This document shows, in pieces, positions 49,846 through 61,884 of a stretch of 64,000 bases of DNA. This stretch comes from Eutreptiella sp. 'Long Island Sound 2002' (Eukaryota > Protista > Euglenida). Below the pieces are notes generated by a model, which saw nothing but the letters and a program-made list of their open reading frames with translations, was not told the DNA's origin and made no database searches. The DNA lies in the NCBI GenBank assembly GCA_964036045.1, contig OZ038378.1:66836001-66900000 (forward strand). Reading direction: 5' to 3'. Within the stretch, counting starts at the first letter, position 1. Each line of letters opens with the position of its first letter. Position numbers and translations under genes: made by a program.

Positions 49846-52547
49846 GTGCAACAAGGGGAAAATGATGAGGTCCAATGCGCATGAAGCGCGCCATGAAAGG
49901 GTATTCCTGAGGTGCAAAAAGAGATGGACAACACTGGGCGAGAAGCAGCACATTTTTTTGGCACTAGCTGATGTGGAGCGACCGAGATTTGTAGAGCGCC
50001 TCTCGCACCACGCGAGTACCGTGGGCACCACATTGCCATGCGCAACATGCGGGCAGGTAGTGGGTCAACCAAAAGCAATGAGCTAGGGCACCCTCACCAT
50101 GGGTTGTTGCACCTTTGACTTTGGACTTGTCAATGCTAAGGAACCGCCCATTCCCATGCAGCACCTAGCACCTGATCACAAATAGGGTGAAAAGCACATA
50201 AAGAGGGCGTACAACATGTTGCAGATGGGGGAGTTCATCATTGCGAGTGATCACAATTATAAATTTTTATTGAAGTTTGGATTTTTGTGTTGTTGAGGGT
50301 CAACAGTTCCTTAGGCAGCTACTACACTAATCCCTTGGGGTCCCCCTCCCCACCACACCTCTTACATCTTTCAAACGGGCCATGGCCGGCCTTGGAGAGG
50401 GTTGGAGACTACAAAACACATTATTTTGCATCCTACCATGGCTACATTGTCACAAAACCCCCCATCCCACCCCTCTAGGGGGCAGCACATGATGCTTAAG
50501 GTACCTGAAGCACAATGGCACCTTTGACCAGATTTTCAGTGCACAAGGAATTTTGCACCTTTCAAACGGGCCATGGCAGGCCCGAACCAAGGCCAAGACT
50601 ACAAAAAATGTCCTGTTACATCCTACCATGTGCATAATCGCAACATCCCCCCAACCCTAGCCCTTTGGAGGGAGGGGGGGGGGGCTACGGGGCCTTTAAG
50701 GCGGCCTAAAAACACATTCTGCGCTAGTCACAATAAAACTGCCAAAAACTGTGCCCATCCCACATTGACCAAACCGCAACGGCACATTTGCGCCAATATA
50801 CCCCCGAAAGGCCCCAGCTCCTTCTCACAGCCAATTTGATCTCACAGCACTGCTAGCGATGTGACTTGAGAAAATACATATGCGAAATATGCAGAGGGGG
50901 GGGGATTGATGCAACAATCTGCACAGCTTGATTGTGTGAGGTCCGAACATGGGATTGCAATGCGGGGAGTATTTGATGTTGTACCCTGTTAACCTTGAAA
51001 CAATTGTCCCTCAAAATCACTATTGTGGTGTATCATGAAGGCAACGTCATGCACAGCATGTACCTAGCCAACGCGTGTGTACTTGGCAGATGAAAACCAC
51101 CACCTGTGCCCATCACCATGGTGATGAGGAACAACCAATAGTCCTTGAAGGCAGAGGAGGATCTACAGACCGACGATCTAACCAAGTGCTGTGAGCATGT
51201 GATGTGTTTCAAAAGTATGTCAACGTAGGCAGCCCCCTCTGGCTGGTGATGCGTTCACGCTGTGCGTGCTCAGCCCAAAAAATGCAGCGTTGTTCTTTTG
51301 CTTTAATTCCCACTTCATCCATATTTCCTTATCCCTCTGGTGCGACTTGTTTTCAACACCTTGCTTCACAGAACTGATTGTCTCATGAGCTATTGTTCTC
51401 CCTCAACATTGAAATCGCAGAAAAAAGGAGATCCATGTGGCACACGACACGCACACACACACACACAGAAACAGAGAGAGAAAGCCATTGGGCTGTGATC
51501 CCTTCAGTGATCAACAAGGGACACCATCGAAGAATGTGCGGGAAAAAAGGTGATTCGCATAATCCCCCCCGCCCCTCCCAAAGCTCACGGGACCTCACTG
51601 GTCCAGCTACCCTGCAACGAAACACGCCAGAAGCCACCCAACCTCCCATGGTTCAAAATATCACCTGTTAACCCTGGAGTGCTCTTCACTGACGTGCTGA
51701 TTGCAGTGATGTTGTGCTCGTGGCAATGCATGCTTGTGTGACAGACCTCGGAGACGCAAGCAAGGCATCAATGCTTTGTTGTGTGTGCTTGCTTGTGATG
51801 GGGTCGTAGTCTGCACTGGTCCGGACTAAGACAGACAGTCAGGCCCCACGTGCCAAAGAGCCATCTTTGCCAAGAGTTTTGATGAAAACAAAGTTGACAA
51901 AAGAAAGCACAGCATATGCTGTCCACTCCATTGGTCATCTGGCTTGCCCAGACTGAACACACGTGCATGCAGGACCATAGCAAAGAAGTCGTGCACCTCC
52001 GGGCACTCTCCCACAACTCTCGTCAGTGTCAATGTTGGGCAGGCCTGGTATCTGTGCTGTGAGCACTTTGAATCGTAAAATGACGGGGGCAGACAATCAG
52101 TAGAGACATTTGCACAGACTCCAGGCCAGGGAATATCAGCAGAGCCTCCCTGAACCTCAGGTCTGTCTGCCTTCTGCACCAACAAATACAACAAATGCAT
52201 GTTCTGGCACTTTGTACACACTGTCTAGCTCCTGTTCACTGAATGACTGCATTCACATTATGTGTAATACTGGTGCCATAATCCGTTTTGATTGGGCATT
52301 GCTGGGATTCTTGTTCCTTATTTCCAGCTGGATCCACAGGAAGACTCGAGGATAATTACTGACGCAGTTTGGCTTTCAACTCTGACATTCCTGCTGTAGG
52401 TTCCTAGGATGACCACAACGCCCCTATCCCCTGTGCCCTGGTAAAGCAGGGACAGCTCTCGAAACTAAATCGGGCAGGTCCAGGCCGTGATGACACATTA
52501 CGCCAAAACAACCAACTTGTCACAGGGAACGGCGAGCATGAGGATAC

Positions 52548-52624
52548 CTGCAGTCCATGGACCTGCATGAGGGTCTTCACTCGCTCCAGAGGGGCAGTCA
52601 CAGTTTTAGTAATGGCTCCTGCCC
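52548..52624 (-). CDS. SLC25 mitochondrial carrier exon (GAGAITKTVTAPLERVKTLMQVHGLQ), first carrier signature
   Basis: TTGTAG| acceptor (phase 1) and CAG|GTATCC donor (phase 0); 77 bp; contains Px[DE]xx[KR] as PLERVK. Confidence 0.9.
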
Positions 52625-52712
52625 CTACAAGATGTAGTGGTGGTGATGACAATTGCAGTGGTGGTGGTAGTGGCGGCGATCATCAGGGGGAAATGTCACA
52701 CGAGTGTTGACA

Positions 52713-52742
52713 AGTGTCACGCGAGTGTACTCGCGTGACACT
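52713..52742. repeat. Perfect 14-bp hairpin AGTGTCACGCGAGT-GT-ACTCGCGTGACACT in a short repeat element
   Basis: Exact inverted repeat. Related GAGTGTCA.GCGAGT motifs occur at 52772, 53948 and 54760. Confidence 0.85.
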
Positions 52743-53714
52743 CAAGGGGAAAAAATCTATATTATTTTTTTTGAGTGTCAGCGCGAGTGTACCCCCAGAA
52801 TTTTTTTTTTGAGCGTCAGCGCAAGTGCCGAGGGGGGAAAATCCAATCTAACCGCCATTGCTACTTGCAGAGGTGAAGTTAGGCAAACTCACTCCCACAG
52901 ACATTTTGGGTACTCCAAGCATGGGCAAGGCAGTGGAGCTGTGGCGGAGATGGATGATAACAGGGATAGGAGGGGGAACCAATGGGTGGGCATTGGATAC
53001 ACCGCAAGTAGCAGGTGTACAACAAATTAGTTGGTTGGTTAGGGGCTATCGAGTTTGATGAGCATAGGGAATAGGAGTGGAAGGGGTTGAGGGGGAACCA
53101 ATGAATATTGGATACACTGCACCTAAAAACACAGTGTACGACAGGTTAGATGTTGGGAGAAAAGGGAGAGGGGAGGTGAAAAAAGGGGCATGGCACCTAG
53201 ACAGCGCCATTCACAATGTCTTGAACATGTGTCACAAAGGCCGGTAGCATATGTTTGGCTTAACTTGCTCAAATTGGTACGGGGGTCCGCTTGCAACAAT
53301 TGCTACAACAAACTTAGTGACTGATGACCGTAGTCCAACCATCAAGGCGTTGGAAACCCAAAGGCTCGGCGGTTAGTGGGATGCCTTTGTCGCGAAATTG
53401 CTGAATAAGAGGGCGCATGTATAGCTCACTTCCCTTGGCATCCCACAAATACACATGCATGGCTTGCATTGGGCGCAAGTGTAGGGTGGGCGGATCAGGG
53501 CACACACATGTTTTTTTGCCCACTACGCCACTCGTGGTACACATCCCGCGCCCCAATGTGGTCTTGGGGCTCCACAAGGACTTCAGTGACAATGTCTTGC
53601 GACAAAATATCGGAGTCACTGTCGTTGCCATGCTAGACCAAGGCAGTTAGTTCCCAATCCCTTGACCGTACCTCGGCCCCTACACTCTTTCGTCCCAAGC
53701 GTCACCCGTGCTAC

Positions 53715-54212
53715 CTAGGGGGTCGACAACGCTTCAGAGCAAGGGATAAAATCAGCAGTTGCCCACCAGTGGGCGGATTGGCTACACCACCCTTGCCATC
53801 TTGGGGGTCCCCAACGCTTTAGAGCAAGGGAGAAAATCAAGTCGCCAACGAACAGTCCCGTTTGGACCGCATTTTTTGAGGACAAAATTGTTAGTTGGAC
53901 GCGGGGGGGGGGGGGTACAAAAAAGGTATAAAAATATACATTCTTTTGAGTGTCATGCGAGTCACATGCTTGACACGCAAAACAAATAGACAAAAACTAT
54001 ACATATATTTTCAGTGTTAGCTAGTGTACCCAGAAAAAATCAAATGGCTTATTTTCGCTTCCAACCCCCCGTTTTGGGCATTCCCGGGTTATTTAGCCCT
54101 TTTGGCCCAACCCGCCCACTTGTGGGCCACTTCTGATTTTGTTCCTTGCTCTGAAGCATTGGGAACCCCCCGAGACGGCAAGGGTCATGTAGGCAATCCG
54201 CCCACTTGTGGG
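53715..54212. mobile_element. ~0.5-kb element whose two ends carry the 85-bp satellite unit in opposite orientations
   Basis: Left end (53715-53830) ...GCCCACCAGTGGGCGGATTGGCTACACCACCCTTGCCATCTTGGGGGTCCCC; right end (54110-54212) is the reverse-complement unit. Confidence 0.6.
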
Positions 54213-56178
54213 ACACGCCGTTCGGTGCGCGCGACAATATTGCGAAACGGCGGCAACACATCCCTAGGCACAAGACACCTAGCCCATTCAAAGTACAACG
54301 CGATGGTCTCCAATTAGCACTTTTCAGTGTAGAAGCCCTTGTTGCAGTCCCGCTCCATGCGGAAAAGCTGAACATGCTCCCCAGGCTTGGGGCCCTCGTT
54401 GTTCTTGGCACAGGCAGAAGTGGCATTCTGATCTGGCTTAGGGGCCTTTGGGACGGACACTGCTTGTATAGCACCTCCTGGCCAGGTGCAAGCAGAAAAT
54501 CAGTCATGGTGGTAATAGAGGTCCTCTAGTTGAGGGACGCAATTTCCTCACATGCTGCTTTACAAATTTACCCATAGTCACTCACTACAACCCCTCATTT
54601 CATTTCATCCCCAATCCTTTAGCCTGAAAACTTGATTCTGAAGCCTGGTACATAATTCAGTACGTAATCAATCATGTCCTCAAAAAATACGGTCCGAACG
54701 GAAGTGTTCGTTGGACACGGCATTCGTTGGACACAGGGGGGGGGGGGTATCTTATTTTACACTCGCATGACACTTCACTCACTATCAGTGATGTTTCGCT
54801 AGAAAGCGGTTTCACAATTCGCAAACATGCAAAATTGCTACTCTCAACCACAATCATCCATGCTCATGTGCCATTATCTGTGACACACCACTCTTCAGCT
54901 TTTAATAGGATCTCCCGACAAAAAGTGTGAAGGGGTTGAGGGATAGGCTGGGGTGGGGACTGGGGCTACAGCCAGGCACCATTTACAAAGAGGGGGGTTG
55001 AGGGGTTTGGGGCACCACCCAGACCCCTCCCTTTTACAAACAGCCGGGGGAAGAAACAAAAGCTGCTGTCCCAGGGTTCAAAATTAAGACAATGCCCCTG
55101 ACCCACGTCATTGGGCTGTTCTGCTGAGCAGTGCAGCAGATCTGGCTGGAGTTGTTTGCTGCGGTATGGTTTTGCCTGGAGTTGAAAGTTCTGCTGAGGT
55201 TCTGGCTGGAGTTGTAGGCTGTGTCATCATTTGGTTCTTGTTGCTGTTGCTGCTACTACTGCTGCCACTGCTAGCTGTGCTGTCTTCCTTCATGACGAAA
55301 CAAGCAAGCTTATGTGCGCTCTGGTGTATCTTTTCTAAGCTTGATATGCCTTGCTTTTGAGGTGGTCTTCGGCAAGGCACCTTGAAGAGAGACAAACGAC
55401 GTTGTGGGGAAGTCGTTGTATGATAGGCTGACAAAGTTCTGGAAATCGCGGCGCAAACAGGCCCAAAACGGCGCTTTTGGGGGGCCAATAAGCACCACTA
55501 GGAGGGCTCAATTGGGGTTACATGATTTTATACATAGTCCCATGGTCACCAAATGATCAGACAAAAACGGCCCAAGGGTCCCTGGGGTTTGACAGAGGTC
55601 ACCCAAAAATTGCAATCTTTCAGCCAACCCAACAGCCTGAAAGTGACCACCAGTGGGGCCCCATTTGGGGGGCATCTTGGAAAGTCGGAAATAACACCCG
55701 GGACCCCCATCATTGGTTAGGGGGTCCACAGAGAAGAAAAAAGTGGAATGGGTCGTGGATCCAAATCGACTTACAGTGGTGGCTATAGGCCCACCAAATT
55801 TCGGACCCCCCCATTCCCCACCCCTACCCCCCTCCCAAAAAAGCGTTACCCAGGTGCAGGGGAGTAGAGGGGTCAAAATCAAAAATATCATTGGAGGATA
55901 ATTTTGTCTCCCGAAATGAGGATTTTACAAGGGGTCAGACATCTGATATCATGCATTGGGGTATGCTATGCAAATGGCCCCCCAAAAGGGGGTTATATGG
56001 CGCTTGCGCCTGCGCTAACAAACTCTTTTCGAGGTGATTTTTCACCACACCCTAGCTGAGCCCCCACCGCCTCCCCTCTGACTTATTTCCTTGTAAACGA
56101 TGCCTGACGACAGCAGGGCTAGGGCAAAAGGCGGGCAAAGATATGTGTAGGAGTTGGGGCAGGGGCTACAAAGCATAC

Positions 56179-56332
56179 CGGCCCCTGCCAACAACAGCTT
56201 TGGTGTTTCCCTTGCCTTTGCCTCGTGATCCTTAAACTTGTCATGTGCCACCATGTGGGCAAAATCCAGCGGGATATTCGTGCGCATACCCCGCCGCATC
56301 GTCCAGTTGTACAAAGGCGTACGCCAGGGCTC
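56179..56332 (-). CDS. SLC25 mitochondrial carrier, most 5' identifiable exon (EPWRTPLYNW...ETPKLLLAGA); 5' boundary uncertain
   Basis: Ends in GCC G|GTATGC (phase-1 donor) and joins the 52624 exon to give KLLLAGAGAGAITKTVTAPLERVK, the helix-1 LAGxxAG plus PxExxK carrier motif. Acceptor ACACAG|GAG at 56333 is one candidate; TTTGCAG at 56367 is an alternative. Confidence 0.75.
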
Positions 56333-57154
56333 CTGTGTCACATGGGTGCGGGACGAGCACATTTCACTGCAAACTACAGCCTCATCGGCTGTCAAACACT
56401 GAACATACCATCCAGTCAAATGTACATATTGCACTCAAACACAAAGACCTAAATGACAACAGGGCTAGGCAATCACGGTCGAGGCAATCACTCACAGCCA
56501 AACAAAATGATGCGGCTTGACTCCGCTTGATTTTTTGGAGTGTGTGGTGCGCGCACACGTCCTCATTCTGCTTGCAACCTGCGGTGCAATTCCTGCTTGT
56601 CGGTGCGAGTACGGCCGGGTCTAAGCACGGGAACCCAACCCAAGCGTTCTTTTCCGTGGGCTAGGCTGCGCATGGAAAGGCAAAGGGGGTGCAGGGCTGT
56701 GGCAGCCCGTGCCCTTTGGGTCAATATTTCACTTGAAATTCCGTGTGCAAGCGCACTTCGCTGGTCTGGGGAGAGGGCATGGTGGGGGTGCGGAATCAAT
56801 TCTGCATGCCTGCCCATCGCGACACCGCCTTCCAGCGAAACGTCACCATTACCACCACCTCCTCCTCCCAGCAGGACCACTGCCGGGTCGGGCGTGCCAA
56901 GCAAGTAGCATCCCCCATGAGTGCATGACCCGTGACGCACTCCTGACTATTACGCCAAATGGCGCACCCCCGCCAAATGCCACCACACCACCACCAACAG
57001 CACCACCAGCACTAGCGCAAGCCAGCACCGTTGTTGCCGCTGCCGCACACCACTACCGCTGCTGCCACCTCTGACTGTTACCTGCTTTTTTTGGCCAGAT
57101 CACGTTGCGGAGACCGTGGGTCATAGCACACATACACCAAATCAGTTGCCACTA

Positions 57155-57889
57155 GGGGGAATCCTTGCACCGCGCGCGCACTACGCGCTACTTTTAGACT
57201 ATGTTCCCCCCGAAGAGCCCCTAGGCACGCCCCTTGGAAACAACCTTAGAATTAGGCGACCCAAACTGGACTGGAGGGGACCTTGAGGGGGACCTTCCTG
57301 GTTCTTGTAGCAGTGGTGAAGGACCAGGGGCCTTTGGGGGGGAACTTGACTGTGTGTTGGGCGGTGGAGATGGAGGGCAGTGAGGTGGCAAATCTGAATT
57401 TGGGATGGCAAAGGAGATGGACTCCATCTTGCATTGCCGATTCACCACTCTCACCCCATCTTGGTAGTATTCCAAGTGGAGGAGTCCGTCTTCAGCCGTC
57501 CCAACCGCCGTGGCAGGAGGTCGCAGGCCATTGGAGCGGGTATAGAACACCCTACCTCCAATAATGAGATCCATGGAGAAAGTGGGCCTGAGAAATGAGG
57601 AGGGAAGTATGATGTCCTGTAGCAGGCACTCTGAAAGTGTATCACCATATCAATCAACCGAGAAAAAGAGTAGGTGTGGTGGAAATGGGGGGAAAATGTG
57701 TGCCAAAAGGTAGAAATGGGTGAAACAGGGTGAACATCCAAAAATGCCATATCCCCAATGCATCAAAACCTACTACCAAACAACAATGATGCCCAAAGTA
57801 CCACAAAGTATGGGTTTCTACTACGGCTAGACGCCCAAATAGTTGCACTGCGAGCGCACTGCAAGCGCACTGCTCTTAAGGCGCCCCCC
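57155..57889 (-). mobile_element. TA-flanked non-autonomous element carrying an intact 117-aa ORF (57221-57574) with the SH3/Tudor-like module and a Pro/Ser tail
   Basis: TA|GGGGGAATCCTT ... AAGGCGCCCCCC|TA imperfect TIRs. ORF MDLIIGGRVFYTRSNGLRPPATAVGTAEDGLLHLEYYQDGVRVVNRQCKMESISFAIP... runs ATG to stop. Confidence 0.6.
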
Positions 57890-57899
57890 TAGCGTTCAT

Positions 57900-59100
57900 G
57901 AACATACACTGTTTTCAGAGCGGATTGAGGCTGATGCAGGTGTGGGAGTGCCCTCCACAGTGAAGATAGGATTCTGAACTATGATACGTGCATCAGTCTT
58001 CATCAATCTCATTGTGTCACTGAACAATGGCACAACTAGTGGTTGTTTGAAAAGAAGGCTAGGTCATGCATGTAATTATTGTCTCAATGCATGCCAGTAT
58101 TTTGCCCTGGGGCACGACAAATTTCTGCGTAAACCGGATTGCATTGAAATGATGCTGTTTGACAAACGTGAACACCAAGTTAAACAAGCCCTTGCTGCAT
58201 CCCCAAAAGACCCACTGATCCCAACGAGCATTAATGATGGAAGCTCAGGCAATGGAAGAGCAACAAGGGACTACAAAAAGATGAGTGTGTGCATAATCTG
58301 CATGTGATCACTGTTTGTCTTTGGTGCTCTTGCTTCCTAGAATACCTTGGTATTTTATCAGTTCCTTGACTTTTTGATTGCTGAATGGTGGGGTCCTCGT
58401 CGGTGGATGGTCAAAGGAATGGTGTCATTTTCGCCTGTCTCTCATGAATTGCCTCTCTTCCCACCATTGCTTTTTAAGTCCGGAGGTGTGGTGTTTGCTG
58501 GGCAAACACCCAGCTTGCACCCATGTTCCAAATCAATATCCTGGGGGGCGTCCTTGCACAGAGTGCGCATAGCGCGCAAATGACAGGGAGAAATTGGGGC
58601 CTTTTGCTACACTTGGCAATATTCTTGCCTATGCAGACCATACTACACCCCCACAATGTTGGAGTGCCTCAAAAGGAATCTCCAACTCTACTATGTTTGA
58701 CCTGCAGACAATGAACAAATTCAATCCATAGCAAACCCCAGCACCATGCCCAAAATGGCACATCCTTGACTCAAGGCAGCACATGCGCGAGAATTGAAGA
58801 CCAATGACAGATCATCGGATCATGAGTAGCGTAAATAGTGTAGTTGTACATACTAGTTTCAACGTTGTATTCCACAAAGGTCAGAAACAATTGCCAAAGA
58901 AACTACTAGTGCTGGTTGGCGAACATAGCAAAACTGGCAAGGTTGCCGATAAAAACGGGGTTCACCTTGTTGGATCGCGTAGTATTGTCCCCGGGAAAGA
59001 GGAATGATATGGCATTGCCGATAATAACACCCCCTTGAGCGGCGGCAACCAAGGCCTCTGGAGTCTCCTTCAGTTGCATTGGGGATGACATGACTCCAAT
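57900..59100 (-). mobile_element. Decayed LINE ORF2 reverse transcriptase
   Basis: In order on the minus strand: ISFLFPGDNTTRSNKVNPVFIGNL (RT1-2-like), GCSKGLFNLVF (RT4), NNYMHDLAFF (degenerate YMDD), KTDARIIVQNPIFTVEG. Confidence 0.5.
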
Positions 59101-59768
59101 AAGAAGGTCTACTTAGCACGAGGTAGGCTCATTGTTACTAGTGCTAGGCACCACTATGCAAGTTGGGTATGGTCCTGTGCAAACTTTGTGCACAGCATGC
59201 GCACAGGAGGTGGAAGACGCCCCCCTGGTCATTAGTCCTCAGGCTTGAGCCCCAGAAAAATTGTGACAAAAGGCCAGAAATCAGTCTCCCTACCAGCCCA
59301 AAGCACTGAAACATGAAGACCATACATGCACAAAATTCAAGGCATGAAATGCAAGAGTTGACATATCCGGGCTGCAACATGCACACCCTCATCCCCAGAA
59401 TTGTATGGGTCAATACGTTGTGTCCAATAACTCTCATTGCGATGCCCACATGGTGTAAAATGGCATGCTACATTTCTGACAGCACAAAGCACAAACTTCT
59501 TCTTCTTCTTCTTGATCATCATCTGGCATGGCAGTGCCAGGGGAATTAGCAATTGGCCAAACATGCGGAGGCAGATGGTGCCATGGAATGAAATGCAAAA
59601 CCGGGTGAAATGCAACAGGGGAAAATGAGGAAAAAAGTACCCAGCAGACTAACACCCGCAGATACATTCATATTTTTTAATAGCCTGGGCCCTGCTTACA
59701 CTAAATCCACATAAATTCAAGAAAGGCAGAGGACATATGGGGAAAAGCATGCAAGCCTTGATCTGGGG

Positions 59769-61884
59769 CAGGGATGTATTAGACGGGGGGGGAGGCATTT
59801 GCCTTTTCAAGTCCTGGACGCTAGTGCGATTGAGGGGATCAGGGGGTTAGCGGGTGAGAGCTCATCTATATACAACTGTATACAAATATATAAGGCCCTT
59901 ACCCCCCCTGCCCCCCAGCGTATTGCGGCGCGACGGAAGGACCTGGGCCTCCATCCTTTGTGGGATCCTCCGAGGAGCGACCCTACCCAGATCTCAGGCT
60001 GTACGCTCCCCCATCCGCGCCCGCAAGTAAAGGTGCAGGTTGGGCGCCCCCCCCTCCCGATGACTGCACTTGCCGGGTGAAGCCCAGGCTCAAGAGCCCC
60101 CCCCCCCCCCGCGCGGGTCGGCAGACGGGCTGCCGCACCCCTGTGCTGCGAGGGGCGCCGCTGTCGGTCTGCCCCACGCGCTGCCTTGCCCCCTCGTGCC
60201 GCATTGCCGCGCTCCTGTGCCTGTCCTGCCCGCCCACGGAGGGGGGGGGGGGGGACTGCGCCGCGCCGGGGGGGCGGGGTGCGCCGCGCCAAGGGGGGAG
60301 GGGAACCACCCTGTCCCTGCCCCCGGCCCTGCCCCTGACACCCCTGACCCAGAGCAGAAGCCTCAAGCTGCCCCTGTGCCTGCACCACAGAATGCCCTGC
60401 AGCACTCTGCTGCCCCAGATCCTGCCCTGTAGCATCCTGCTGCCACTGCTCGCTGAGGGGTGGGGAGGCACCTGGACCCTGCCCAGCCCGAAGCCACCCT
60501 GCAGCCCCCTGCTGCTCGCGATCCCGGGGTGGAGGTGGGTCACCTTGTGTCCCATCCGCCCGCGCCGCATCAATGAGCGCGGCCGAGATGGAGCGAAAAA
60601 CGTCCGCAAGGCTCGCGCGCCCCCGTCCTTGCCACCTGCCCCCGCCGCGGGACGTGCCCATGGGTGGAGTGGGGGGGGCAGTACAGTCGTGGCCGACGAC
60701 GCAGCCAGCGGGGGTGCCCGCAACCACCGCCCCCCAGGAGACATGAGGCCAGAGCCACTGAGGCTGTTCGCCCGTGGCTGGGACTGTGACTGACCCACCC
60801 CCCTGCCGCCCGCCCCTCCCCCCCCCATATCCCCGTGGGTGGTGGGGGCTGGAGTCCCTGGAAGAGTGGGAGAAAGATGACCCAGCCCTAAGAGGGGGCC
60901 TCTAGCGCGGTGGCTCGTCATCGTCGGAGGAAGAGCCGACTCGTGGCGGCCGATGCCTCCGCCCCGGCACTGCCGGCGGCAGCACGCGCTGCCGCGCCTG
61001 CGGCGGCTCATCCTCTGATGAGCCCCGCGGCGACTCCCGCTCTCGGGAGCCCAACATCGGGGGGGGGCGCAGGCCGGTGCACCCGCTATGGCGCTTGAAG
61101 CTACGGCCCTGGCCCTTGCGCGGTGCGCTGCCGGCGCCAACCGGTGCCCCTCGTGGCGTAAGGAGCAGCAGTATTTAATGCCATGACCGGTTGCCGCGCA
61201 CGCCGCGCACGTCGCCGCTCCGTGTGTAGGGCACAATACGCGCGCGGTGCCCAAACCGCGTCCTAGCGCCCGTGGAGCTCCAGCCGGGCGTGCCGGCGGT
61301 GGTGGCGGCGCGGGCGGGCAGCGCGGCCGCTGCGGGCGCACCCGCTTGAAGGGGCGCAGCGGCGCCTGACCACCCAGGTAGTCGTATTAGACGGGGGGGA
61401 GGGGGGGCAGGGGGGTCTGAAGGGGGGGAGGGGATGGGAATTTGGCTGGGATGCCCCTCCTCCTTGGGTCCCCCTATAGTCCCTGCCAAAGGCGGGCCGA
61501 AAATTTTTAAGCTTAGATCCTCTTGGTGCCAAAGGCGCCGAAGCAAAATTGAGGTGATTTTGGCTGTCAGCCTCAAAAATTAGAAGGGGAGGATGGGGGG
61601 GGGAGGGGGATTTGGATTTGGATTCGGGGGCCGATCTTAAGGCTCACAGGACGCCTCGGGAGGAGCACAATGGCGTCCCCAATGACTCTACATATCGGCC
61701 GGTATGCCATATGAGATGCGCTCCCAGGGCCCTCGATGGACCCTTCCCAGCACCCTGGACTCTGGAGCCTCCCCTGGGTCACACCCCGCTCGGCTCGCGG
61801 GGCGCTCCTGGCTGGGAGGGGGGTCCAAAGGGGGGGGGGGGTCCCGGGGGGGGGGGGGTGTACGGCTGTTCTAATACATCCCTG
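59769..61884. mobile_element. Young non-autonomous hAT-type element, 2116 bp, with GC-rich cargo
   Basis: Perfect 15-bp TIRs CAGGGATGTATTAGA / TCTAATACATCCCTG and a perfect 8-bp TSD ATCTGGGG (59761-59768 and 61885-61892). Confidence 0.92.

Noticed and set aside
57981-58307. Protein-looking 108-aa plus-strand ORF
   Set aside because: It is the antisense of the decayed LINE RT.
58960-59020. HNH-like motif CHIIPLSRG...CQFC in ORF 58859-59119
   Set aside because: Spacing does not fit HNH, the Asn residues are missing, and the overlapping frame matches LINE RT motifs 1-2 in the right order.
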